Source of the DNA: an uncultured cyanobacterium
Lineage (GTDB): Bacteria; Cyanobacteriota; Cyanobacteriia; CAKZMO01
Reading direction: 5' to 3'
DNA length: 64,000 bases
NCBI GenBank assembly: GCA_963719515.1
Contig: CAVRCJ010000011.1
Coordinates: 435,035 to 499,034 of the forward strand
In this document: positions 39,308 to 49,852 of the stretch, in pieces
Layout of the letters: every line of letters starts with the position of its first letter
How positions within the stretch are numbered: the first letter of the stretch is position 1
The notes under the pieces: generated by a model
Databases searched by the model: none
Seen by the model: only the letters and a program-made list of their open reading frames with translations
What the model was told of the DNA's origin: nothing
Translations under genes and position numbers: made by a program

Positions 39308-40714
39308 TCAGATCTCTGAAGCGCTGATTCGAGGACTGACCGTATAGCCCTCCTCATCAGTAATTGAGGATGGCCAAGCGGCGTGTTGGCTCTGCGCTTG
39401 CTGAACGTCGAGGAGGTACTGCCCTAAGCTTAGATAAAGCAGCAGGGCTAGCAGAGCAAAGGTCAAGTTACCGAGCAAGAAGGCTTCGAAAATGCTGCCA
39501 ATAAGTAGGGATAATACTCCAGCAGTGACGGTACTACAGGCGAAGTAGTAGCTTGTGTTTCGTGCCGAAAACTGCTCTAGGCGATACAGCATACGAAGAC
39601 AGCTCACGCCAAACCCAACCATTGGCAATAGACCCACAATGCCTAAGCTCGCCGCCGTTGCTAGCCAGGAGTTCTCGCCATAGCCCAATCGCGCTCCTCT
39701 AAGGGGCACCCCAAACATTGGATAGTTTTGAAATCCCCGCCACATCGCCGCCCAAACGTCTGCTCGGCTGTTTCGCCCCGAGGAAAGCTTGTCAACAGAC
39801 GAACCAAAGTCGATGCCAATGGCGTCAAGATTCAACGACGGTCCAATTACCGCTAGCCCAACACCGACAATAACTATAAGCCACAATAGCTTGCTGCTAC
39901 GGTGGCGATAGAACAGCAGTATGGAGACAAAAGCCATGATCGATCCGGTGCGAGAGCCGGTCATGAATAAGGCCACGCCTATAAGCGCTAACGTGACTAA
40001 CCAAAATGCCTTGGGCGGACCCCACCTGGGCTGAGCTTCAAACAAAAATAGACAGCAGGGCACACAGCTTGCCAGCAAAGTTGCGGCGTGCTGAGGATTC
40101 CCGGTTGTGCCCAATAAAAGCCCTTGAACGAAGGTGATGGGATAAAGATCTACAGCGGCCTGATAGGCATTGGCTACTACAAAGATCACTCCAACCAAGG
40201 CGATCGCTCGAATAGCTAAGTAAAAGTTACCGTTGTCTTGTAGCCATTGAGAGGGGCCAGTCCTAATGGCGAGAACAACCCCGCCAAAGGTCAGCGCCGA
40301 TAACGTGGCAAACCCTAAGCTGCCAAAGGCTGCTGTCTTGAAGACAATCAAGCCTTGAACAATAATCAGAAAGATGAGGGGTGTCGGTAGCTGGAGAGAT
40401 CGCCAGCTGTACTGTCTCAAGTCGTTTTGCTTCCAAAAGCTGACGGCCAGCAGCAGCGCCAACAGCACAATGCTGATGGGTCGCCCAGAGCCCCGTAGCT
40501 GCTGAAGCGGAAACACGAGGGGCGGCGGGATAGGAGTATATTGGTCCCGAAAAACAGCAAGGGAAGAGGCAAAGCCCAATAGCGAGACCAGCAGCCACGC
40601 ACCCTGGGGCGATTGCTTGGCTTGGTAGATGAGAATAAAGCCCACGACAATGCCAGCGACCCCAATGGGGCTGCCGACCAAGTCTAAAAGGATATCGATA
40701 TAGTTTGAGTTCAT
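39308..40714 (-). CDS. O-antigen ligase/Wzy-like polymerase membrane protein
   Basis: About 12 TM helices; GTTGNPQH, TGSRTG, R..VW and ENSWL. Confidence 0.75.
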   Translation of the reverse strand: MNSNYIDILLDLVGSPIGVAGIVVGFILIYQAKQSPQGAWLLVSLLGFASSLAVFRDQYTPIPPPLVFPLQQLRGSGRPISIVLLALLLAVSFWKQNDLRQYSWRSLQLPTPLIFLIIVQGLIVFKTAAFGSLGFATLSALTFGGVVLAIRTGPSQWLQDNGNFYLAIRAIALVGVIFVVANAYQAAVDLYPITFVQGLLLGTTGNPQHAATLLASCVPCCLFLFEAQPRWGPPKAFWLVTLALIGVALFMTGSRTGSIMAFVSILLFYRHRSSKLLWLIVIVGVGLAVIGPSLNLDAIGIDFGSSVDKLSSGRNSRADVWAAMWRGFQNYPMFGVPLRGARLGYGENSWLATAASLGIVGLLPMVGFGVSCLRMLYRLEQFSARNTSYYFACSTVTAGVLSLLIGSIFEAFLLGNLTFALLALLLYLSLGQYLLDVQQAQSQHAAWPSSITDEEGYTVSPRISASEI

Positions 40715-41817
40715 GCCGCTGCCTTGGAGGAACTGCTTTTAGGCGCGGACTGGTCTACCGATGGCGTTAGCTGCTGAAACAGTGCCATCCAGCGGGTCGT
40801 CCAGAGCGCAGCGCTGTAGGGAGCCGCCATCTGCTGCGATCGCTTTCCCCATTTAGGGAGACTATCGTGCTGCTGATGCAGAGCAAGCAGCGCCTGAGTG
40901 AGGGACGCGGCGCTGTCTTCAGCAACAAGCAGACCATTGTGCCAAGGGCGAACCACCTCCACCGCTGAACCACAGACTTCAGTGCAAACAATCGGTAAAC
41001 CGGCGGCAGCCGCTTCTACAATCGCCAGCGGCCAAGGGTCAAAGCGGCTAGGCATGATAAACGCCCCTGCCTGCTGCCAAATCTTTGTCATGTCTGAGGG
41101 TTGAACAAAGCCAAGGTTTTGAATCCCAGGCTGGTCTAGTAATGAAGCTAATTCGCCTTTGCCGCAGCATACTAAGGGCCAGGGATCTGAGGTGAGGCGT
41201 CGATAGGCTTGATACGCTTCGACCAGAACGTCAATTGCCTTGACGTTGGTATAGCGACCCACAAACAAGAAAGAGTGAGGCCAGAGCTGCTGTCGATGCT
41301 CATATAGCGGAGACCAAGCCTCGTAATCGATGCCGTAGAGCCCTCGCATGATTTGACTAGAGCTGAATCCCAAACGGCGGGCGTATTGCCAACTGCGTTC
41401 GCCGGTAACCACCACATGGCTCATGCGCTTCAGATAAGTTCGCAGGGCAAAAGGCGCGAGTCGCTGCTTTGAGGTACCCCACCAGGGCGTATCCATACCC
41501 ATAATAAATTTGACATGCCGCAGGGCGGAGTCAAAGGCGAGCTGGCGGTAGGGCGGATGAAGCCAGCCACAGAGCACAACAATATCGGGATTGGCGGCTT
41601 TGACGAGCTGTTTGATGAGTTGAGTATTGGACTGCTGCTCTGCCGTTAGGAGCTGGCAGGGAATGTCCTCCATGAGGTCATCGGCGAAAGCGGTGGCGCT
41701 GTGGGACTGGAAGGCGATGATGGTGAGATTGACATCGGGCTGTTGCTGGAGCGATCGCCAGCAGGCAGCCATGTAGCCGGAGATATCGGACCAGCAGAAG
41801 ACGACGTTTAAAGCCAC
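40711..41817 (-). CDS. GT4 glycosyltransferase
   Basis: FLFVGR...PSRFDPWPLAIVEAAAAGLP. Confidence 0.88.
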   Translation of the reverse strand: MALNVVFCWSDISGYMAACWRSLQQQPDVNLTIIAFQSHSATAFADDLMEDIPCQLLTAEQQSNTQLIKQLVKAANPDIVVLCGWLHPPYRQLAFDSALRHVKFIMGMDTPWWGTSKQRLAPFALRTYLKRMSHVVVTGERSWQYARRLGFSSSQIMRGLYGIDYEAWSPLYEHRQQLWPHSFLFVGRYTNVKAIDVLVEAYQAYRRLTSDPWPLVCCGKGELASLLDQPGIQNLGFVQPSDMTKIWQQAGAFIMPSRFDPWPLAIVEAAAAGLPIVCTEVCGSAVEVVRPWHNGLLVAEDSAASLTQALLALHQQHDSLPKWGKRSQQMAAPYSAALWTTRWMALFQQLTPSVDQSAPKSSSSKAAA

Positions 41818-41835
41818 GGATTAGTTGGAGTGGTA

Positions 41836-42963
41836 TTAAGCAAAAGTGTGAAATGCATCGAGGACGCGATCGGCGCAGGCTGACCAGGTATATTGGGCCG
41901 CGTGGTCATGGCCTCGCTGGATGTAATCCTGACGCAGCTGGCGATCGTTGGCCAACGCTATCAAGGTATCCGCAATCTGTTCGGTCTGCTCCGGATCAAC
42001 AATGAGACCGGCATCGCCCACAATTTCAGGAAGGGAGGCGCGATTGGAGACGACGGCAGGGACGCCAGCGGCCATCGCTTCTAGCGCTGGGATGCCGAAT
42101 CCCTCGTAGAGGGAAAGGAAAAGTAGTGATGAAGCGCAGCGTAAGATCCGGGGCAGGTCAGCATCGGCGACCATACCCAGCAATTTGACATTGGGGTTTT
42201 GCGCAGCGGCTTCAATATACTGAGGTTCAGAATCCCCCGCGACAAGAATTTGAAGAGGGCTCTGCTGCGATCGCAGCTCTGCAGCAACAGCTAGCACGGC
42301 GTCGGCACCTTTCTTTTGCCGCAGGCCGCCGATGATGAGGCTATAGGGATTATCTACTGGACGCACTAATATATTGGCGTCAGCAGAGGCGATATCAAAA
42401 AAGGCTTGCTCTACGCCGTTGCCGACGACGACGAGTTTGTTGGGGTCTGCGCCGAGGAGGGAAACCATGCGCTGCTTTGAGAATTCTGAGACGGTAAACA
42501 CGACGCGGCAGTCTCGTAGGGCACGGCGGACCCAGCGACCCCATTTATAGCGAAAGAGTCGGTGGTGCCAGGTGTTAGACCAGGACAAATTAGGTTCGAA
42601 TGCTTGGATATCGTGGATGGTGACGGCGACAGGACATTTGGAAACGGGAATGTAGGTTTCCATTGGAGCGTAGAGCCAGTCGGTTACGTCTGGGATGTAA
42701 CGGTCCATGTTTGGAAAGCCAAACAGCTTCCAGCCTCGCTCGGTAGCATTTTCTGCGGATGGGAAGGTATTAACAGGGAGCGTACTTAAGGGGCATCGAG
42801 AATCTAGCTTTCCGTCCTCTAGCCACTGTTGAGACACAAGCAACTCCAAGCTAACTGCGTCGCTTTGAGCAAGCTTTCCCAAGACTGAATTCATATGTCT
42901 ACCAACGCCGGTACATGGCAAATATGTTCGCACAGGGTGAATATACGAAACTGTATTTAGCAT
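41836..42963 (-). CDS. GT4 glycosyltransferase (mannosyltransferase-like)
   Basis: TIHD, TVSEFSK, SLYEGFGIPALEAMAAG. Confidence 0.9.
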   Translation of the reverse strand: MLNTVSYIHPVRTYLPCTGVGRHMNSVLGKLAQSDAVSLELLVSQQWLEDGKLDSRCPLSTLPVNTFPSAENATERGWKLFGFPNMDRYIPDVTDWLYAPMETYIPVSKCPVAVTIHDIQAFEPNLSWSNTWHHRLFRYKWGRWVRRALRDCRVVFTVSEFSKQRMVSLLGADPNKLVVVGNGVEQAFFDIASADANILVRPVDNPYSLIIGGLRQKKGADAVLAVAAELRSQQSPLQILVAGDSEPQYIEAAAQNPNVKLLGMVADADLPRILRCASSLLFLSLYEGFGIPALEAMAAGVPAVVSNRASLPEIVGDAGLIVDPEQTEQIADTLIALANDRQLRQDYIQRGHDHAAQYTWSACADRVLDAFHTFA

Positions 42964-42989
42964 TTAGAGTATATGTTCATAGTAGTTAC

Positions 42990-43190
42990 GAACCCAGCAA
43001 AGTTTCTTCTTCAAAACTTTAACTGGAGGACTAGTAAGCAATCTTCCCTAGCATTATTTTACCAGCAATGCTTCCTGCTACCAAGATATAGCCGTTAAGG
43101 TAATAATATTAGGCAATAGTATATGATTGCTACCAATCCAGCAGCTATCGTCAATAATATTTCCAAATACTTCTCTTTCTTGCGATCTAC
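42990..43190 (-). pseudogene. Remnant of a hexapeptide-repeat acyltransferase
   Basis: Hand translation IIDDSCWIGSNHILLPNITL / GYILVAGSIAGK / PPVKVLKK with stops and frameshifts. Confidence 0.5.
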
Positions 43191-43199
43191 TACTGAAAT

Positions 43200-44135
43200 C
43201 TAAGCTTCAGATAAATTTTTGATGATTCTTCTCAATTCTGATTTTCTTAAAAGAGAGCGAAATACATTAAAGATATGGTATGTTGCTCTATAGGGAATAG
43301 AAAAATAAAGTAGATGAACGACTCTAATTAGCAACCACGAAAACTTTACCCGTGAACGGCTCTTTTCAAGACTCTCTATCCAATTAGAGAAGTCAAGCTC
43401 AGTTATTTCTGATTGCAGATCTTTAATTTTGGGTAGCCATTTGACGGCAAGATACCACTCAAGCATGGGATGAATTTTTTCTTTATTTTTCGATTTGTTT
43501 GGTTTTAATTCAAGCACCTCAGCGAGCACCACATCTCTACCGCCAACATCAATAAACCGAAGAACATCATTGATAAGCATTTTGGGATTACTAGTAAGAT
43601 CATCATATTTTCTAACTAGTATCTGATCCGCATCAAAAAAGCGATTCCAGTTTTTATAAGCAGAGCTGTAATCTGTTAGGCGATAGGACAAACTTGTGTC
43701 GACGTATCGAAGCAATGCAAAAATGTTTGTCTTCTTAAATGCTGCTTTGTCTACATATGAATATGTCCAACCTCGGGTAATTGAGGAAATCAAGCGATCG
43801 ACGGGATTACGAATGATATAGATGATTTTTAAGTCGGGAAGTAAGTTGCTAACAAGTTCTATCTCATAAGGAAACATAGCTGAGTAGGTGGGGGTTACGT
43901 CACCCCTAGCCTTTGCAATATCCTGAGCCGAGTTTTTCTCAAAGCATGCATAGTATGGTTCAAAACCCTCGGTTCTTAACTTTAGGTTGAAGAAGCTGTA
44001 CTCTTTAGGTGACATGACAATATCGGGGTGTTCCTGTATCACTTTGTGTAGCCAAGTGCTGCCACACCGCTGTCCTCCAATGCAAATAAATGTGGGCAGA
44101 TTGCTTTGTTTTATGTGAAGTTTTTCTTTAGGCAC
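43200..44135 (-). CDS. Sulfotransferase
   Basis: PAPS-binding IGGQRCGSTWL and IIRNPVDR..S. Confidence 0.88.
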   Translation of the reverse strand: MPKEKLHIKQSNLPTFICIGGQRCGSTWLHKVIQEHPDIVMSPKEYSFFNLKLRTEGFEPYYACFEKNSAQDIAKARGDVTPTYSAMFPYEIELVSNLLPDLKIIYIIRNPVDRLISSITRGWTYSYVDKAAFKKTNIFALLRYVDTSLSYRLTDYSSAYKNWNRFFDADQILVRKYDDLTSNPKMLINDVLRFIDVGGRDVVLAEVLELKPNKSKNKEKIHPMLEWYLAVKWLPKIKDLQSEITELDFSNWIESLEKSRSRVKFSWLLIRVVHLLYFSIPYRATYHIFNVFRSLLRKSELRRIIKNLSEA

Positions 44136-44529
44136 TTTACGACTCTTTGCTTAGTGATAAAAATTGCTGATATATTAGAAATCAATTTTTGGCAAGAAAA
44201 AATCAATATTTGAAATTGACAGCTACACCAAAACTTGCAGCCTGCGCAATAAAGTAGGCTTAGCTTCTTCTTATGGAGCAGATCACCGTGGCTCTAAAAA
44301 TAGTAGCTGGTCTGATTTTTATAAATGCTTCCAGGCTACCGTTCTCAGCTGATGTCTAGCCTACCACCTTAATCTAAACGCTGTTGATGGATAAGTAGTT
44401 CTAGGGCAATTGCTTCTATTGACTATAATTCACTTAAAACTACATTGACGTAGCGATTCACGTCAATGTAGGGTAGCTAAGTGTAAATAGAATGAATACA
44501 TGAATTTACTCTTATTCATTGGTAAACTC

Positions 44530-45228
44530 TTAGTTGCTCAGTTGGCAATAATTCCCCCATAAAAGAACTTGCTTTTTGTCGATTGTTCGCTTAGCTAGAT
44601 TATATTCAAAACACATAATTTGTTCAGCCTTTAGGTTAAAAGGTCTTTCTCGAAGTTGTATTGGCCTCCAATCACCATTAGAAATATCAGAGTTAACTAT
44701 CCCTACTTCCTTTGTTCCCCATGGAAAGGGCCAGTATGGTTGATGATAGCGATTGCAGTCATTTGTAAGTAGTGCAAGTTTGTATTTCTTTAGCTGGCGC
44801 AAGAAAGTTAGAACACTTTCATTTTTTAAATGCTGAAGGACATCTTTAACAATAATAAGGTCAGCTGCAGGCAGTTCTTCACAAGTCAGATCAATGCAGG
44901 CAAAGTCTATATTTTGCTTTTTATATATCCTGTTTAGGTCATCAATGAGTTCTGGAACAACATCTACTCCAAGATATTCAACATTGCCCCAACTAATATT
45001 TCTAGAAATTGCCCAGTCACCACAACCAACATCAATCACTGTTTTGATAACATCTCGGTTAGCATCTACAAATTTTTGCAAATAATCTGTATATTGAGAG
45101 CAATTTCTAGTATCAGATCCAGGCCCACTTCTCGAATTACCTCTCCAAACGTGGCTTTTATAGATGTTGCCAAAGACATTCTGATTTTGCAATTTACTCA
45201 TGACAATTTTTATTTTACTACGAAGCAA
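44530..45228 (-). CDS. Class I SAM-dependent methyltransferase
   Basis: SRSGPGS, IDVGCGD, KDVLQHL. Confidence 0.85.
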   Translation of the reverse strand: MLRSKIKIVMSKLQNQNVFGNIYKSHVWRGNSRSGPGSDTRNCSQYTDYLQKFVDANRDVIKTVIDVGCGDWAISRNISWGNVEYLGVDVVPELIDDLNRIYKKQNIDFACIDLTCEELPAADLIIVKDVLQHLKNESVLTFLRQLKKYKLALLTNDCNRYHQPYWPFPWGTKEVGIVNSDISNGDWRPIQLRERPFNLKAEQIMCFEYNLAKRTIDKKQVLLWGNYCQLSN

Positions 45229-45252
45229 ATACTCTTGCTATTTAACTGGTAA

Positions 45253-46227
45253 TCAGGCACTATATTTCATGCGCAGGCTATGATATAGTTCGTTTATAAA
45301 ACGATAATTTCTAGCTATTTTCAATGGAGCCTTTAAAAAAAATTCAAGCATACTTTTAATCTTGATTAAGCATGCATAATGGAAAGGCCTGCGCATATTC
45401 ATAAACTTCATAAACAAACCTCTTTTAGGAATTAGAGGATCTAGCTGATAACTCGCCCAGTGAAGTAAAACCAGCTTTTTCTTATGATCTAGCCCTCCGT
45501 GGTCCCAAAGCCGATACTCTCCCTTTGCTTTATATACTGAGCCTGATTGACGTGCCCAGGCTATGTGACAAATATCACCAAGTACCTCAGCTACATGTCC
45601 ATAGCGAATAGGCTTTATATCGCAGCAGTAATTAATGAACGCCTGATCCGTATTTCGCGGATTGAGCTGGTCTCTTGCCTTCACTGCTTCAATCGCGTAT
45701 TTCTCGAATTCTTCAAGCGTAAATATGCCCTTTCGAGAAGCCCACAATCCAGAAAGAAATCCCTTGGCTTTACCACGTCGTAATAACTCTCGACGAAGTT
45801 CTCCTGGCTCATAAACTTGCTCAATTGCGCAGTCGAAGTGAAGTAGCTCAAAGTCGTAGTCATCAAGTGCGTTAATGATGGGTGTTAGGTCTGTAAGTAC
45901 AACCTGACGGGCGTCGAGATACATGAAGCGATCGCACTCACCCCAGAAGGCAGCGTAGCGCCGAAACCAGTAGGGTCCTGTTGGCGTATGGCCTAGCTCA
46001 AAGGCTTGGCCAATGGCTTCTAGCCTCTCAAAGGATGGATCGTTGTAGATCTCGAAATTGTAGGTCTCTTGTAGCTTTAACAGGCGATCGCACTGATCAT
46101 TGAAGGGGATGAGCAGCAGCCGCAGGTCTGGGTTGAAGGTACGGAAGCTGTTGAGGAAGGCGATCGCCCAATCATAGACAACATCATTGGCGGAGAAGTA
46201 AACTCCCATGGAGTTTGAATCAGACAT
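45253..46227 (-). CDS. GT-A-fold sugar transferase (Npun_R2821/R2822-like)
   Basis: GVYFSANDVVYD...FMYLDA...DQAFINY...LHWA. Confidence 0.7.
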   Translation of the reverse strand: MSDSNSMGVYFSANDVVYDWAIAFLNSFRTFNPDLRLLLIPFNDQCDRLLKLQETYNFEIYNDPSFERLEAIGQAFELGHTPTGPYWFRRYAAFWGECDRFMYLDARQVVLTDLTPIINALDDYDFELLHFDCAIEQVYEPGELRRELLRRGKAKGFLSGLWASRKGIFTLEEFEKYAIEAVKARDQLNPRNTDQAFINYCCDIKPIRYGHVAEVLGDICHIAWARQSGSVYKAKGEYRLWDHGGLDHKKKLVLLHWASYQLDPLIPKRGLFMKFMNMRRPFHYACLIKIKSMLEFFLKAPLKIARNYRFINELYHSLRMKYSA

Positions 46228-46229
46228 AT

Positions 46230-47198
46230 TTAATCTTTAGCCCACATAGCTTTTAGTTCCTTGACCCTCGTCAGCACGCTCTCAGCCCTATAGGGTCCAA
46301 ACCACTGAACAAGCTGAGGGTAGGGCGATGCTCCAACAACACACCGCTGAGAAAGCGATCGCGCCGCCTGAAAGTACTGGGCTGCTGCTGCTGAGTGTCC
46401 CTCTCGGAGAACACCACGGCCGAACTGCCAGTACCTTTTGGCGATCGCTTGGCGGATAGACTCCGGCAGCGGTTGCCCCATTTGCTTTTCGATCAGAGCC
46501 TGCTGCTTTTGAAGAATGCCGTATTCCACCAGTGCGCCCTTACTGCTGAGCGAGCTACCGCTAATGCGACCTTTGGAAGTGTAATTGCGGTAGTCGTAGA
46601 CGATGCCGGGATGATAGACAAATTCGACTCTAGATAGAGCTAGGCGTAGGTGAAGATCGTGCTCTTGGCCGCGAGGCAGAGTGGGGTCAAATCCACCGAC
46701 CTCTTGCAGGTACTCTCGTTTATGCAAGGGGCAAGAGGTAAGAGGGCAGGCGGTTAGGATGTGGGCGATTGGATCTTCACTGGGCTGTCTAGATCGGAGC
46801 GAATAGCCAGGGACGGGCTGCTGGTGCTCGTTGACCCACTGCGCATCGCCATAGACGATAGCCTTACGGTCTTTTGGAAGCTGCTGAGCCTGTTGAATTT
46901 GGCGCTCGATGCAGTCAGGTTGTAAGACGTCGTCGGCATCGAGAAATTTTACGTAGTCGCCTTTAGCGAGGGCAAGACCACGGTTGCGTGCAACGGGTGC
47001 TCCTTGGTTTGGTTGAGTTTCGTAGCGGATGCGATCGCCGAAAGAGCGGATAATATCTAGAGTGCGATCGGTTGAGCCATCGTCAATGACGATAATTTCA
47101 GTGTGAGAGTACGTTTGTGCAAGGGCTGAGGAAATAGCATCTTCTATAAAAGCGGCGCTATTGTAGCTCGGAATAATAATGGTAACTGCGTGGAGCAT
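46230..47198 (-). CDS. GT2 glycosyltransferase
   Basis: IIIPSYN, IDDGSTD, ARNRGL, FLDADD. Confidence 0.9.
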   Translation of the reverse strand: MLHAVTIIIPSYNSAAFIEDAISSALAQTYSHTEIIVIDDGSTDRTLDIIRSFGDRIRYETQPNQGAPVARNRGLALAKGDYVKFLDADDVLQPDCIERQIQQAQQLPKDRKAIVYGDAQWVNEHQQPVPGYSLRSRQPSEDPIAHILTACPLTSCPLHKREYLQEVGGFDPTLPRGQEHDLHLRLALSRVEFVYHPGIVYDYRNYTSKGRISGSSLSSKGALVEYGILQKQQALIEKQMGQPLPESIRQAIAKRYWQFGRGVLREGHSAAAAQYFQAARSLSQRCVVGASPYPQLVQWFGPYRAESVLTRVKELKAMWAKD

Positions 47199-47199
47199 A

Positions 47200-48198
47200 T
47201 TACTGAGCTTTTTGATAAATTCTGTCGCTAATCTGCTCTAAAAAATATTTTGTAAATTGAGCTTTGTCTGTCATATCAAGGTGCGATGTATCTAGTAGCT
47301 CAAATTGCTTAAGTTCTGAATGTTCTGCGAAATGAATACTTTTGACCTGCCACTCATCCATGATAGGGTTCCAATATTTTTCAGGCGGCATGAATTTTTC
47401 TTCAATTACCCAGCGCTCGCTTCCAACAGGTAGCCGAACAAATATGACTGTTCCACCCCGCTTACGAATTTCTGTAATCAAGGGCAACCAATGCTGAACT
47501 TTCTCTTGCCAAGTATTGAAGCTCAGAGCTTCTATCCGCGCGCTAGATTGAACACCTTTTAGCCGTTGGTTGCGCAAGCCTTGCAGCGCGTCTTCGTCAG
47601 CACGGACATAATCAACGAGCTGCTGACGGTCGGCAAGTGTTTTGGTGTAAAACGGTTCAGGTAATTCTTGCTGGGCCAGTAGGTTTCCCCATAGCCGAAG
47701 CGAGCTACTTTGAGGATTTAGAAATGTCAATCGACTTTGAAGTAGTGCTGCAATACCGTGGTTAATCCTTTGGTTTATGGAAAAGCTGTTACGGCAATAG
47801 TCAATAAACTCTTGCTGGTTGCGTTCAGACGAGGTTAAGGTTTTCTCTGTTTCATCAATAATCAGAACACCGCTAAATTCGGTGTTCCTAACGATATCTC
47901 TAAAAACTGGGTAAGAGGTTCCTCGCCCTGACTGTGCTAGAAGTAGCACGTCGCGCTGAGAGTAATATGTTCTGAATGTGCTTAGGTCAAACCCTGTTTG
48001 CATCCGCGAGGCTCCCAGAAGAATCACATCTTTCTGCTTAAGTTTGGGAATCTCCGAATATGTATCACAGAACAGGCCAGCATTGCTGACAACTGAAGGT
48101 TGATGATCAGCTAGTCGTAGTAAAAACTCGTTAATTCCTATTCCAAGCATTAGTAAAAATGGAGTAAAGCACCAAACCTTAAACCAACTCATAGTCAA
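47200..48198 (-). CDS. SGNH-like periplasmic acyltransferase partner of the MBOAT protein
   Basis: N-terminal TM, LLGASR and C-terminal DTSHL; directly downstream of the MBOAT gene. Confidence 0.7.
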   Translation of the reverse strand: MTMSWFKVWCFTPFLLMLGIGINEFLLRLADHQPSVVSNAGLFCDTYSEIPKLKQKDVILLGASRMQTGFDLSTFRTYYSQRDVLLLAQSGRGTSYPVFRDIVRNTEFSGVLIIDETEKTLTSSERNQQEFIDYCRNSFSINQRINHGIAALLQSRLTFLNPQSSSLRLWGNLLAQQELPEPFYTKTLADRQQLVDYVRADEDALQGLRNQRLKGVQSSARIEALSFNTWQEKVQHWLPLITEIRKRGGTVIFVRLPVGSERWVIEEKFMPPEKYWNPIMDEWQVKSIHFAEHSELKQFELLDTSHLDMTDKAQFTKYFLEQISDRIYQKAQ

Positions 48199-48208
48199 TT
48201 AGTGCTCC

Positions 48209-49633
48209 CTAAAACTGGAAATAGATAAATGACTGATCTTGACCGGGCATCGTAGCGATCGCATACAGCATTCCAGCTAAACCTACAGACATCCCCCACC
48301 AAGGCAAACGATGTATCAGCGTCATAAGGTCTCTATCTCGCAATAGCCAGTGGAGGCAAACGATGGCCAATGTTGTCGCTAGGGCGATCGCCAGCGATTC
48401 ACGGCCCAGCAGGATGTTGACCGGCTCGGACGATATCATTAGCATGGCAGACAAAATAGCCGTAGCTTGAGTAAATGAGGTTGCCCGAAAAAAGACCCAG
48501 CTCAAGCAGACTAATAGAAACGTCATCGCGGCTAGCAGTAGCTGAAGCATGGGATGCTGCCATATCAGCTGGTGACCTAGCTTACGGTGGAGCATGCGCT
48601 CCGCAATTAGATACCCGCCATGCAACCCGCCCCAGGCAACAAAGGTCCAAGAAGCTCCATGCCAAAATCCTCCCAGTAACATCGTGATCATGAGATTACT
48701 GTGGGTTCTCAGCGTTCCCTGGCGATTACCTCCCAAGGGGATGTATAGGTAGTCCCTAAGCCATGTAGAAAGGGTAATATGCCACCTGCGCCAGAAGTCT
48801 GAGAAGCCCACAGCAGCATAGGGAAAGCGAAAGTTTTGCGGCAATGCAAAACCTAAGCAAAGTGCCGTACCAATGGCGCAGGTTGAATAACCCGCAAAAT
48901 CGCAGAAAATTTGCCCTGAAAAGGCCAATGTCCCTCCCCAAGCCGCAAAGAAATCGGGCGTTCCGCTGCCAGAATATAGAATCTCTACGATGGGTGCTAA
49001 CAGGGCATCTGCAATCACGGACTTCTCAAATAACCCCAGGGTCAATAGACTCAAGCCCCAGCCGAGATTTTGACCAGATAGAGACTTGGGAGTCTGGCAC
49101 TGGGCTAGGAAACTTGAGGCGCGCACGATTGGTCCAGCTACAAGCTGCGGAAAGAAAGTTACGTAGAGGGCATAGTCGAGGAAAGAATGCCAGGGCTTGC
49201 CTCTTCCACGATAGATATCGAGCGTATACGAAAGGGTTTGAAACGTATAGAAAGAAATTCCGACAGGTAAGATAATATTGAGCTGGGGAGGGGCGTAGCT
49301 AATCTTAAAAATATGTAGAAAAGCGATGACATTGTCAAGGAAGAAGTCTCCATATTTGAAGAATCCAAGAAGCCCTAAATTTACAAAAAGGCTAACCATC
49401 ATAAAAATGCGCTGACGAGCTATGCTCTCTGAGCTATAAATTATCTTTGCAAGCCGCCAGTCTACAATGGTAGAAATCAGAATTAGCATAACAAAAGGCG
49501 GGTTCCAAGCAGCATAGAAAAGGTAGCTAGAACCCAAAAGAAAAAGCTTACGCGTACGCCATGAAGCTAGCAAATAGTAAATAATTAGAACAAAGCAGAA
49601 AAAAATGAAGAATGTGTAAGAATTGAAGATCAT
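48209..49633 (-). CDS. MBOAT O-acyltransferase (AlgI/DltB-like)
   Basis: LPVGISFYTFQ, FFPQLVAGPI, DFWRRWHITLSTWLRDYLYIPLGG, GFWHGA. Confidence 0.93.
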   Translation of the reverse strand: MIFNSYTFFIFFCFVLIIYYLLASWRTRKLFLLGSSYLFYAAWNPPFVMLILISTIVDWRLAKIIYSSESIARQRIFMMVSLFVNLGLLGFFKYGDFFLDNVIAFLHIFKISYAPPQLNIILPVGISFYTFQTLSYTLDIYRGRGKPWHSFLDYALYVTFFPQLVAGPIVRASSFLAQCQTPKSLSGQNLGWGLSLLTLGLFEKSVIADALLAPIVEILYSGSGTPDFFAAWGGTLAFSGQIFCDFAGYSTCAIGTALCLGFALPQNFRFPYAAVGFSDFWRRWHITLSTWLRDYLYIPLGGNRQGTLRTHSNLMITMLLGGFWHGASWTFVAWGGLHGGYLIAERMLHRKLGHQLIWQHPMLQLLLAAMTFLLVCLSWVFFRATSFTQATAILSAMLMISSEPVNILLGRESLAIALATTLAIVCLHWLLRDRDLMTLIHRLPWWGMSVGLAGMLYAIATMPGQDQSFIYFQF

Positions 49634-49648
49634 TTACTATCTCATGCG

Positions 49649-49771
49649 TCAAGGTCGAATGATTTGTAGCAAATCCTGAGTAAATTTACCTTCGTCGCGT
49701 TGGTCTAAGTGCGACGTATTTGGACATTCGGATACTGATTGCGAATAATCTTCGAAGTATATAGTCTGCAG
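49649..49771 (-). pseudogene. C-terminal remnant of a second SGNH-like gene
   Basis: LQTIYFEDYSQSVSECPNTSHLDQRDEGKFTQDLLQII aligns with KSIHFAEH...DTSHLDMTDKAQFTKYFLEQI of 47200..48198. Confidence 0.6.
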
Positions 49772-49852
49772 ATTTAAAGAGTATATAGTCTACAGACTAA
49801 AAAACTTAATAGTTCATTTGCAAAGAGAAGTAACTCTTAATTAAGAGATAAA

